From NCBI GenBank assembly GCA_032718475.1, contig JAUCBJ010004427.1:6252-70251 (forward strand): a stretch of DNA of 64,000 nt, given 5' to 3'. Positions 49,376 through 62,300 of the stretch are shown here, one piece after another. How positions within the stretch are numbered: the stretch's first letter is position 1; every line of letters starts with the position of its first letter. The DNA is from Nemertoderma westbladi. Lineage: Eukaryota; Animalia; Xenacoelomorpha. The translations under genes and the position numbers were made by a program. Under the pieces are notes generated by a model. That model worked only from the letters and a program-made list of their open reading frames with translations. It was not told the DNA's origin and did no database searches.

Positions 49376-51615
49376 GTTTGTTTACACAGTTGAATGCCTA
49401 CGGCTATAAATACAGTTAAAGTAAGTCTAGTAATTCAGTATCACTGTTAGCCTAATAATTAATTACCGATACTGCTACTCAGTGTAGCGTGATATATATA
49501 TAATATATTAGAATACCGGTATGCTTATAGTATATATATAAGTATTATTACAGACTAGATTTGTCACAGAGTACCGGTATATAATTTTAGCACAAATATA
49601 TATAAATATATAATAGGCCTATCGTGAATACCGGTATACAGCTGACACTTATAGTATATATAAGTATAATTATTACAGACTAGAATTAATTACAGAATGC
49701 CGGTATGATTTCAGCCATAATTTATAGAATAAATATAATAAGCCTATTGTAAATACCGGTATGTCAATTATTTTAAAAAATAATTGAATTTCTGAATGTT
49801 AGGGGTTACTTGGTTACTTTACTTACTTTATTACCGTTATTTAAGCAGCAGTCCAACTGATATTAAGACCTAAGTGTTGTATAACAGGCCTACTATTTTA
49901 TTAATAGATTTAGTGGATTTATATGTACCCGTATGAGGGGTTTTGTTACAATATTGAAATAGATGTTACTATTTCTGGGAAATAATCACTACACAGAAGA
50001 TATGCGCTCTCAGTGAAGTGCTACTTATTGGACACTAAAACAGATAATTCTACTTCCTAAGTTACTTATCTGCGAATTACTTACGATACGGGTGAGATTA
50101 ATTCTCTAACTAAACACAACAAAAATATTACGTACGAAATTTTAGGGTAATTTTACAGGGAACTACAAACCAGTCTAACAGAGTGTTAGATTTTCTGGTT
50201 ATTACAACGGACAGGATACTACGGTATTTGAAAATAATAAGTAGTAGTAAATACACTGTGTTGTCCAGATAGGAAAATACCACCGTCTGACGACCTATAG
50301 CCGTATCGCTATAGGTACTACGTTATGTATCACGGAGTGTCCCTACCTAGAAGCTAATTACCGCGGTCTACCAGAACCAACGTGCCTATTAACCACTTTA
50401 CAACACAAATATACTGCCTACACACTAATTACCTTCGGAAAGCACTGTACACTAAACCCTAAATTAGGTACAAGTACTGGTACAACAAATAATCAGTAGT
50501 TAAAAATACTTGAACAGCTAAAAGAACCACGGCATCTGCTGGAGTGACCAAAGCACAAAATCTCCGGTCTTTACCTACGCCAAGCAGCCCGTGTAGTACC
50601 GGGGTTAATTTAACTATAACGGTATGTATAACAAGCACAATTACTGTAGGAATAAACTTGGGGACATGAATGTTGCGAATAATCGCATAAACTCTGAATA
50701 ATAAATATTACGCTACCCGTACAGAATACTCAAACAAAATACAAACCAAACGCTGGCAGACTACCATCAAGCCTAAATAAACTACAGTATGTGCAGATTC
50801 CGAAATGGTTAGTTAGTATGCGTTCTAACACGGTAGTACGACTTATTCTTTAGGAGGGGGTTGACCTTACAACTCAAGATGCCCCAACTTACTAACTGGC
50901 ACTTTATCAGACAAACTCTACACACGCAGCAATCTCTTCAGACCTAATAATAGCTAGACAACAATCCAGCCTACAAAATATCTGAGTAATAACTATTACG
51001 GTACCTGAACAGACCACACAAACAAACACAGGCTAAAACGCTGGTAGACTACTATCAAGCCTAAATAAACTACAGTATATGCAGATTCCAAAATGGTTAG
51101 TTAGTATGCGTTCTAACACGGTAGTACGACTTATTCTTTAGGAGGGGGTTGACCTTACAACTCAAGATGCCCCAACTTACTAACTGGCACTTTATCGGAC
51201 AGACTCTACATGCACTGCAATCCGTTCAGACCTAACAACAGTCAGAACAACAGTCCAGCCTACAAATTATCTGTACAATCTGAGCAGGGTTACATGCCTT
51301 CTGCTCAATATTATCCTACTAGTAAATAAAACTGACAGAAATAGACCTAAGTAAAATCCCAATAAAAACCAGGCGTCCCCGATTTAATATCGAGACCTAC
51401 CGGTATATAATTATCAAAATCGAATAATACTGCTGTACCTGTACTGCTGTAAGTACCGGTCCGGATGATCAGGCAGTCAGGCCTACAGATTACCGGTCGA
51501 CCGGTACTTTAGTCTTGATCGCTTACGCCGCAATCAAGATCCTACAAACTGTTATTGTTCTTACCAGAATAATATTAAACTGTATTTATTGCCTACACTG
51601 CAATCAAGAATTTTA

Positions 51616-51626
51616 CAAACGGTTAT
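51616..51626 (-). promoter_or_regulatory. Non-tRNA primer-binding site of BEL-2 (ATAACCGTTTG), complementary to LTR-internal 42231-42241
   Basis: It abuts the 5' LTR and pairs 11/11 (one G-U) with sense CAAATGGTTAT in this element's own LTR. Confidence 0.7.
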
Positions 51627-52050
51627 TGTTTGCGCTTTTGAAGACCTTTGGCAGTTTAACCCGCCAAATCTATATGTCTTCTAGGTTATAAATCTACTCC
51701 AGCCTATGACAAGTATTGAACACCTATAATAATTCTAACATTAGCCAAAGCCAGTCTGTGCGCGACCATTCACCCGCTGGATATACCCGGGAGACTGGAT
51801 TTGGATGCTTTAATTTGATTGCGGTGCAGGCCCACCGTACTATTCGATTGATCGTTAATATATAATCTCTGACAAATATTATTCACTTTTGGGAAATATT
51901 AGCAGTTCCTTTAGGACGTGGCGCTCTATCTATTTAAACAGAGCTATGACTTACACTATACACAACGGTATGTCTTATAGATCACCAAAGTGCATTCTTT
52001 AGGAAATGCTTTGTTACTCGGTCAAGCACACACAGACTATTGCACACAAC
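51627..52050 (-). repeat. BEL-2 5' LTR, U5-side portion (interrupted)
   Basis: Nearly identical to 41512-41935 and stops at ...CACAAC where the BEL-3 LTR starts. Confidence 0.92.
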
Positions 52051-53358
52051 TGTACGCGCTTTTGAAGACCTTTAGCAGTTTAATCTGCCAAAATTTATAT
52101 GTCTTTTTGTTTATAAATATACTTTAGAAGATGACAAATATTTAATACTAATAAACACAACATTAGCAGAAGCCAGCCTAGTGCGCGTCCATTCACCCGC
52201 TGGATAATCCCGGGAGACTGGGTTCTGAGGGCTTAAATTATTATTGCAGTGAAGCTTACTGTATTGTATTATTCGATTGATCGTTAATAATTAATTTCTG
52301 ACTAATATTATTTACTTTCGGGAAATATTAACAGTTCCTTTAGGACGTGGCGCTCTATCTAAGTAAACCGAGATATGACTTATACTAATCACAACGGTAA
52401 GTCGGTAAGGCTTAAGATTCACGTATGAGGCGCATTCTTTAGGAAATGCTTAGTTATCAATCACAATCATGCACACTACCAGTAACACACAATACTGCAC
52501 ACTAATTTGCCGACCGTCAATGAATTTTATCATATATAAAGAGAACAGCAACGGACCAATGTAGTGCTTATCAAATAGCATTAAATTCACTACAAACCAC
52601 AACAATATAAGTCGCAATCGCTATATATAACCCGTCTCTCTAACCTGTAGTGTATCAAGAAAATTGGGAAATTTGGGTTCTTTATATATGTTCTCCAAAT
52701 AATGTTCAACCAAACACAACAGTAAATAGCAGTATAATAATGTATGTTAAACAGTAATAACAACCAAGTATTGAATTTTGAATGGAGTTGTATTGAATTG
52801 AGTTGAATTGGACTGATATGTGAGTTGTTATGAATTGTTAAGAACTGATAACAGTCATACGCTCTATAATTTTAGCCTACTAATGTTTCTTCTAAAAGTA
52901 TGAAACGAATTGATTCTAGAGCCGTTGTTCCTGGCCTAGACAGCAATAACCACAAAGTATCAAGAAAAAACAGTAAGACTGAACACTCTCCTTATGATCG
53001 ACCGAAAAGCTACACGTCGACAGGAAAAATCGCTCTGATTGGCTCAAGCCAAACAAAGAACCATGCGTCCAATGGCTGTTTCCATGTCAGCAACCAGCTG
53101 TTAGATGTCGTAATATGAATCATCACGGCTAAGCTATGAAAGGTATTTGTCGCATTGCAGGTTTTTTGCCTTACCATGTCCGCTAAAACACGTATATAGC
53201 AGAATGACTTTTATGTCCGTTAAAACACCTGTAAAGGTACCTTGCGGGCGAGGGGAATATATATACAGTTAGAGAACCTTTTTAGAGTATTCCAGCGCCT
53301 GGGGGGAAACTGGATTGCGAAGCAAAAGGGCCAGTTATATCCCACAGAAGCTTTTACA
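52051..53358 (-). repeat. BEL-3 3' LTR (1308 bp)
   Basis: Homologous to the BEL-1/2 LTRs, with the same termini and the same CCGCTCCCAGAAAATGGGA flank. Confidence 0.9.
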
Positions 53359-53436
53359 CCGCTCCCAGAAAATGGGATTTGAGTCTATAAAATATACAAA
53401 ATCACAGTTTCTAATATACGTAAATACTCTAAACAG

Positions 53437-54886
53437 TTAGTCTTTCTTGCGCGGACGGCGTTTACGCAGTTTTTTAAAGCTAGCCAGAGTCCTTTTCTCT
53501 TTGGGGCGAGCCACTTTACAAGGAGGGCTATAACTCCTGGGTGAAGGGTGCAATATGATTGCATCAGAGGGTGTAGGATTATGGTCGGTGTATCCGCCAG
53601 TCGAAGTACCGGGTTGATTGACATCAACGTCAGGTGAGAGGGGTCTAACGGCTTTGAGAGCTCGTTTCAAGACAGCCGCTCTTACGGGTCCTTTACGAGT
53701 GGTCTGAACGAGGGCCGTGGGTGGACCATAGGCAGTTAGAAACTTCCGGGGTTTAATGGTCCTTTCCAACTCGCGTTCGCGGGCTCGGTATTCGTAAGGC
53801 CGTCGATATACTTCCTGTAACTCAGGGTGTGAGTTAACAAACAAGTCTCCATAGTCCGGATCCTGACGGATATAATTGATTAAGTTATAGGAATGAAGGT
53901 CGCTAGGATTAACACTCCTGAGAAATTTGCGTACGAATTTGGTTGAAATACATTCTCCGACGCGCTTCAGTAGCTCGTAACTTGATATGCGTGATTTCTG
54001 TTCAACCTAAGCGAATAGATAAGGATGGAACGCATAAACTCCTTCGTAAGCGCGTCCGGGATAATAGCGATGGCGCGAATCACAATGTAAATCAGCGTTC
54101 GCTTCCCAAGCTCTGATGTAACGCAGTGTGATCATTTCATCTACGCTTTCCAAATCGTGATTAAAAGGGCAGTCGAAACTAGCATGTCCCTTTAGTTGAC
54201 AATGGTGACATTGAGTCATAAATTGAGGGCAAACCGCAAAGATATGCAAGTTATTGAGTCTGCAATATGCGCAATAAATCTCCATAGTCGGTTGCTCTTG
54301 GAAATAGGAACAGCGGACGTTGGTGTCCATGGGCGTACCGTGGTCTCTCGATGCGCATAACCGACAACGTTGCCTAGAAACATAGTTGGCATGTCGATAA
54401 TCGTACGCAGTGAGACACTGTGGACCTTGATACCATTCTATGATGTAATCGTTGTCGCTGTTCCGGGGCGCGATAGGCTGAATCTCTTCAGATTCTAGAC
54501 ATATTGGTTCGTCTTCCCAGTCTGTTACGAATAGAATTTTCGTGATCTATTCTCGGTTTATCGTTACGACGCCGCTGGGTATGATATTTAAATAGAACCA
54601 TTTCCCTTTCGGTATCTACATCGTCTGTATCATGTAAATCGATAGGATGGCCGGTCGTTAGGAAGTCCATATACGTACCATTACGATTCGTATAGCGAGT
54701 GGTGAATTTTCGATAGTCCAATTCACGCGCAAGTTGCTCTTGGGACATCGGCGGTTCGATATAACGACCATCGTCCTCCGTAATGGTTGGATCGGCTTCA
54801 CCGCGTATTAAGCTGTCCACAAATGCTTGTAAAGGTAGAGTATATCGCTCCCTAATACCAAGATCATCTTCTATCAACTCCGTCAT
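53437..54886 (-). pseudogene. BEL-3 3' accessory ORF: triple zinc-knuckle protein with basic C-terminus (1 frameshift, 1 in-frame TAG)
   Basis: One frame runs from ~54525 to 53437 with only a TAG at 54007-54009. Knuckles CRLC-x4-H-x9-C, CAYC-x5-H-x4-C and CHHC-x4-H-x4-C. It ends KKLRKRRPRKKD. Confidence 0.75.
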
Positions 54887-56378
54887 ATCTGCTATCTGAG
54901 TTTATTAATATCAAATAAGTTTGTATTTAGGCGAGCGGGCGTCGCTGCCTACTTCTCTTTGCCCCCGGACAGTGGGATTCTCAGCGCCGATGTACCGTCG
55001 TCGGGGTGTTTACGCCAACATGTAGCAACAGCACGACAACGATAACCGGCACAAGTCACTCCACTGTCCGTCCCAAAGGCTTGGATCCACTTAGGTTCTT
55101 TCTATAGGAGAGTTGGGCTATTTTTACAATTGCGACTAGCTACTGTAAACATACTTTAGCAGTAACATTCACCTATAAACGCACAAATTCCACACAACTG
55201 TCACCAACTGCACACATACAGGCCATTTGTCCGTTAGTCAGTGCCTTCCAGAATGTCACGTTATTACTGTGTATCCTTGGATACTAGCAGTGTGCTATAT
55301 TCTCTATGCTATGCAATGTGTCAAGCTTTCTATTGTTCTCTTAACTTGCTTCTAATTCTAGCGTGGGTGTTGCTATGGTGACATTATGGAATGCTAGCGG
55401 TAGAATTAGGGTAATTCTCATGCATACAGATCTGGGATGCTATTTAATAATAATTCTTTAATTGTCAATATCCTCTTTATGCATGATTTTGTTAATTTTA
55501 TCGGCTATTGACTATATGTTGGAGATTCTCGCACTCTAATACACTCAATAGGATGTTAAAATTGACACAATTTGATTCCAGAGCAGGTCTGGGGACATAG
55601 GATCCTTAATTCTATGAAATTTGTCTTTTAAGAGTATCGGGAAGTGCTACGATATCTTAATCGACTAGAATTGTTAACGGATCTGAATTTTACAGATTTT
55701 AATAAATATTAAATTAATATTTAAGATGGGCACCGATTTATTCCAGAACTTGTCTGGGGACGTTAACCATTGATTCTAGAATTTGTCTTTCAAGTATATC
55801 GGTGGGTGCCGCGATATCTTAATCGACTAGAATTACAGAGGTCAAAAGGTTTAACAGATTTATTTGCGTTTTACGCTACTGTTAGAGGGACATCACGCTA
55901 CTATATGTATTATTTAATATAAGGTAGAAGAGCAATATCGCACGAAGCAATGTCAGTGTGAAGAGGCAAGTCGTTTCCAAGGTCTACCCAGAGCTTGGCT
56001 TAGCCGAGACACGAGGATCTGAACTTTGCATTCCTAATACTCTGCCTACCAATAATACTTGAATATAGTAGTGGCTTTATTGTACTTTAAGAAGTACGGA
56101 CATTTCATCTTACTGTAGTCACGTATTTATAATATGATACGGACAGTAAGGAAAGAGAAAAAATTATTTCTCGCCGTCGCACTAAATATATATTATAAGT
56201 AATTACGTACGTAATAAACACTAATATATTGCACTAATCTACTAAATAATCACTAAAATAACATTCTACTAAATAAAATTGAATAAAAACGATTATAATA
56301 AAGTACATAATAAAGTTCGCATATAAAAATATAACAAAATAGATAAAACAATATAGTCATACACCCACTCCAAACGTA

Positions 56379-59300
56379 TCACGTTAGGGAGTCCCTAGAT
56401 GTTTGAGGAATTAGGGAGGTGGTCGTGGGAAGAGTGTCTTGCCTTCCATAGTTCCCGGAGAGTTCTCTGTCTCTTTCCAGTAAACATAAACGACCAACTG
56501 GGCGATTGAGTTGTTGCGTCTCAAAGATGATGCCTGGCTTCTTGAAGTTACGCCGCATGACGATGAGTTCTACCGAGCGTACTAAACCATCATCTGAAAT
56601 GTGTGTCTCGATGATACGACCTGTCTGCCACCGTTTACGTGGGAGGTCTGGATCTACAATAAGCACCATATCTCCGGCGCTGACGTTTTCTTGCTGCGCA
56701 AACCACTTAGTTCGAAGTTGTAGCGTGGGCAGATAATGTTTCTCGAAATGGTCAGCGAAACGACGGGATAGCAACTGCATAAGTTGCCAAGTTCGACGGC
56801 AGTATTCGTCTCCGTCGGCAATCTCCGATCGTGGGAGCATGGCTACAGGTTTCTTCAGTAGGAAGTGCGCGGGTGTTAGCGCTTCCAGGGAATCGGGACT
56901 CGATAAGACTGGCATAAGCGGTCTCTCGTTGAGATAGGCAGCGATTTCCTCCATTAACGTCCGCAAAAGTTCGTCGGTGAGATACGCGCGGCATGGCACT
57001 ATAAAGTGAAATGCGGTTTTGACACTTCGAATTAATCTCTCCCAACTTCCTCCCCACCAAGGGGCGTCGGCAGCGTTGAAGGTCCAGCTAGACGCTGTTA
57101 TCCTTAGCTGGTCATCCACCTGTCTTTGGTTCCAGTCCTTCACGTAAGCCTGTATCTCGTTGTTGGCACCTATGAAGTTCGTTCCTTTATCCGATCTCAT
57201 GGTATTACTCGTCCCGAAGCGAGCGATCTGTCGTCGTAAACTTAAGACGAAGCTGTTAGTAGATAGATCGTTCACCATATCGAGATGGATGGCTCTGCAG
57301 GTCATGCACACGAAGATGACACACCATCTCTTGACTATAGTCCTCGCACGATATACTTCAATAGGGCCAAATAAATCTACACCAGTATTAGTAAAAGGTG
57401 GTTCATAGAAGCTTACTCGTTCCCTAGGTAATTCTGCCTCTCGTTGTGTTAAAGGCCTACTGAATGCTTTCCTACAGGGTATGCAGTTCCTAAGAACTTG
57501 GTTCAGAGCTCTACGGGGTTTATCAAAATAATAGCGAGTTCGAATTTCGCTAAGAATTCGTTCTCTACCAGCATGATAAAGTTTACCGTGAACGTCTACA
57601 ATCATCTTGATTTGTACTTCAAGATTTCTAATAAGTATGGGGAATTTGGTGTCAAAGGATAAGGGCACATTGGTGAGTCTTCCTCCAACACGTATTAACC
57701 CATCTATCATTGTGCTCGAGAATCGATCCCTTAAGCGCATCTGCGGATTTCTCAACAACAGGAAGTACTTTTCGGAATCCTCATAGCATTGCAGGAGTCT
57801 CAGTATCTGCTTATTTGTTTCTTCATACTCCTGGTGACTAATTTTCTCTTTTAGAAAACGATCAGATATTTTATATTTGGGTAAATTCTTAATAACATGA
57901 ACTTGTGCAGATGTCAATGGAGCGTGATCACTAGTGGTCTTCGTCCTGGAGTAGTGATGATGAAAACATCGTCTTAAATATGTGACGGCTTTACAGAGCC
58001 GATTCCAGGAACTGTAATGATGCATTGCTCTCTGCAGCATGGGTGAGATTCCTTGCGAGACGTCTGGTATTCCAGATTTCCAATCTTTATCTCTAATTTC
58101 CACAACAGACTTATTTGTGTTGAGGGATTGTGGATCCGAAGCATCATTCCCGGAAGTATGTAATACAGATAGATCGATAGTCGGTTTAAATAACTTCGAT
58201 TTACTCGCCCGGGTTTTAGGTTTGACTGTCTCCGCTCCCTTGGCTTGTCTAATCTCTGCCGTAGTAAGGTGAGGAGGCCATTCATCCTCTTCCTTGCTCA
58301 GGAAGTCGGGTCCACCCAACCAATCTGGAGTATCTATCAGTTCCTGTGGAGTTGCTCCCCTGGAGGCGATATCGGCTGGATTAATCGTACCAGGGCAATG
58401 TCTCCATTGATCTATCTTTGTGCGACTAAGAATAATAGCTACTCGATTAGTAACAAAAACGCTAAACTGACAGACTTCATTGGTGAGATACTCCAACACG
58501 AGTAAAGCGTCGGTCCAATAAACCGTTTTCTCCAGTGGATAGTCGATTTGTTCCGTTACGTTCCGGCCGATGGCTGTAGCGTATAAAGCCGCCTTTAACT
58601 CCGCTCGAGGAACCTTTAGCTTGTTGTTAATCAATGCCTTAGAGGTAACCAAGGCGACTTTGATTCCATCCGGAGTTTCGACTCGCAGATATGCTACTAT
58701 ACCTATTCCCATGTCGCTGGCGTCTCCAAACACATGGAGTTGATAGGAATACGTAGGAAGAACATGGCCAAAATATGCACGGGAAATTATAAAGTTCTCG
58801 ATGGCAGGTAGAGAATCTTCCCATTTCATCCATTTCTTTAACAATTCCCCTTTAAGCGGATCGTCCCATGAGTGGTTTTCAAGCCACATTTGTTGTACTA
58901 AACTCCGAGCAATCAATATAACTGGGCTAATAAATCCCAATGGGTCGAAATAAGTGCTCAGGATGCTTAAACAAATCCGTTTGGTCCGAACTGGATTATC
59001 TCGCTGTTTTAACTGAAAAAACAGGATGTCTCTTTCAGTGTCCCACTTCAAGCCTAGCGTCTTGGTTTCAGGAAGATCGTCCTTTATTAAGTCTAGATCT
59101 TTCGCTCCGCGGTCTTCTACCGGTATCGCTTCCAGAAACTCACGGGAGTTGCTAGTGAATTTCGTCAGTCGAAATCCACCTCTTTTCAAACACTCTACCG
59201 TTCCTTTCGCGACAGCTATGGCTTCTTCTACTGATGGAAGGGACCTTAAATTGTCGTCCATGTATATATTGCGTTTTATGTTGTCTATCACTTCTTTGGA

Positions 59301-62300
59301 GAAGGAGTCTCGGTTGTCATTCGCAGTGGTTCGCACCACGGAGCAGGCGTTGGAAGGGCTTGATATGATCCCAAAAGCCTGGATGGTCATCCAGTACTCT
59401 ACCGGTTTCTGGTTGAGGTCTCCTTCAGGCCACCACAGAAATCTCAGGCTATCTCTATCTCTATCCAGCGCCTTGACTTGTAAGAACATTCCTTCTATAT
59501 CAGAGGCGAACGCGATGGAATATTGTCTTAATCTTAATAGTATTCCCAACAAAGATTGGAGTAAGTTGGGTCCTGGTAACAACTCGGAATTGAGGGATTG
59601 GCCCATATATAGAGCAGAGCCATCAAATACGACTCGTACTTCATGGGGCTTACCGGGTTTGGGAACGTAATGATGTGTTAAATAATACGTTCTCTCAGTC
59701 ACTGGTGTTCCTTCCGGTACTCTCTCCGCGTATCCCTTTGTTATAAATTTCTTCAGCTGAGTTTGGTACATTTCTTTCGCTGAAGCATTAGCTGTAAGGT
59801 GTCGATATAATTGAGCGATTCTTTTATCTGCCAAGGGTCTGTTATTTATAAATCTAGGTTCTCGTTTTCGAAATGGTAGGCCGATTTCATACCTACCTTG
59901 GTCCTTTAAAAAACGTGTAGTTGTTTCCTGGATTTGCTTGGCTCTTTCTTCTTCTATCGATAGAGCCTTATCATATGAATTGGGTTCTACCAGTTCCTGA
60001 GTAAAGAATCGTACGGCTAGTTCGTCCCGAGTTCTAGCGTTGTAGCGCTCTATCTCATCGTTTAGTTCGTCATTGTAAGCGATGGGTTCCGATGGGTGAA
60101 TCAGTTGACATAGGTTCACCTGACTTTTCCAAGTTTGGTTTTCTGTAAGTAGGTAGATTGTGTTCTCTTCATCGAAGAGTTGGTAGATGTCGTCATTATC
60201 TGAGGAGTATGGTGTTCCCTCAGTTAGTTCGTCCACCTCACTGCTCTCCACTTCCCAATCGTGTACTTGGTATGTTTGATCTTGTGGCATTCTCTCTTCG
60301 AGAGTCCGGCGGGAAGGGCCAGTAAAGTACCAACCTACTCTAGTTCTTACCGCATAGGTTTGCAGTGGCTGCGGTTGAGCAGGCCGTTTCTCTAATGTTT
60401 CGAGCGCCTCGTGCGCGTTTTGGCCGATGAGGATTTGCACTCCAGGATAATCTGTCTGGAATCGAGGTATCTTAAGATGTTGGATGCTCTCATCCTCGTC
60501 CCAATTATAAAGGTCTGCTTGAGTAGTAGCGAAGTTCTTTATAGCCACCATTTTTACCGACCTTATACCTTGTGCTCCTAACTTATCCTGGGGGGTGGAC
60601 AACACACCTACATAGTAATCTGCCGTTAGGGTAGATTTCCAAACCTGCATAATTCCTGACATATTTAATTTAGTCCGGAATTTGGGTTGTCCAGCAAAGA
60701 TATCTTCGGCTAATTCTTGATCGATGAATGTTCCTGTGCTGCCGGAGTCAAGGAGTGCGTTCACTATGTAACTGTGGTTAGGACCGTGAACTCTTACCTG
60801 CACTACAGGAAATTCTCTGATTCCTACGTTGGAAGTTGGAGCTTTCCAAGATGGTTGTTTGGCAAAAGTAGTTGGGGGAAACTCATTGTTGGTGTCCTTT
60901 TCATAAGTAAGTGCTCGATACACTGCGGTATTGATTAGATAACAGGATTCGTTGGCGTCGGAGAATTCGTCAGTATAGAATCCTTCCATCTCAGACTCCT
61001 GATCAGTGTCGTTTACATCACTGAATTGGACATGTAGTTCGGGCTCACTTACCTGACTCTGTTTGTCTCGTTCGAACTCACTGTGTAACAAGATGTGATG
61101 TTTCGCGCCACACTTTGCACACTTTATGTCGGAGTAACAGGTTCGCCGTTGGTGTCCTGGTCTGAGGCAATTATAGCATAACCGCTTGTCCCACACAACT
61201 GCACGTCTGTCTACAAGGGATTTCTTTAGAAATTCAGCACACGCACTCAAACGGTGGGTCCCGTCGCACAGCGCACAGTTAGGTTTTATGTTACTCACTT
61301 TACCTTGGGTAACTTGATGCACTCTCGTTTTTTCTTCGGGTTTTCTTCGGTGCATTCTGTTAGGAGACTGAGGGGGGGTCTTGGCAACCTGTTCTCTCCT
61401 ATCGTTGTTTCGAGCCTTATATTTACTTACATCTTTTGGGGTTTTGTCAACGTAGTAAGATCGGTCAGTGTCTTTCCCGCTGTCCTCTTCTTGAGAAACT
61501 TGGCTTTCGCCGTCGTCAGTGTAACACACTGGTGTTATTCTTCTCCTAGAAGCGGGTTTCTCACTTACCTTATTTTCCGATGTTTTCTCTCTGGACTGCT
61601 TGATGAGTTGTAGTTTTACCTCACCATCTAAGAAGGACATGAGATCAGCCATGGTAGGACTTCGTCGTTGTTGTTCATTCATGTACAACACTTTCTTGTC
61701 CCAGCGTGTACATACTCCACCCTTTGGTAAAGTAGAGACTACGGCTCCAATAACCATTGAACTCTGATATTCATGAGACTTACCTAACCAGTCCAATTGT
61801 CTACAGATCTCCTGAATTTCATCGGAAAACTCTATAATCCCGCTACTAAGGAAGTGTCGGGGGGCTACTAATTTTGCATACAAATACTTAGCTATGTTAT
61901 CCTTGTTACCATACCTGATGTTTAATGTATCCCATACTTGTCTTAATCCTTCTGGATGTCCAATAAACTTTAACGCCATTAACTTGGGAGGTCCTTCCAA
62001 GCACTTGATGAGGAACCTAAGTTTCTCTCCGTTAGATAGCACAGAGTTCTGTATGCTGTCTTTGTAATATTCGTTGAAAGGTAACCATTTCATCTCATCT
62101 CCATTGAATTTGACGATCTCTCCCACTTTGACCGCTTGGCGGGCTTCTGTTCTAGCCATCTGCCGCGTAAAGCTTTCTTGGGCCATCGTGTTATTTAATA
62201 TCGAATTATCGGTATATAAATTTCTCGGATCAGTATCAGGTCTATAGGGAATATCATTAATAACAGGTCTATAATCACCCTTAATAGGGTTTGCTATAGG

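Larger units (their letters stand above)
41512..52050 (-). mobile_element. BEL/Pao copy 2: internally deleted, non-autonomous; 5' LTR interrupted by BEL-3
   Basis: 3' LTR 41512-42710 and partial 5' LTR 51627-52050. Gag and protease are retained; RT, most of RNase H and integrase are missing. Confidence 0.93.
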
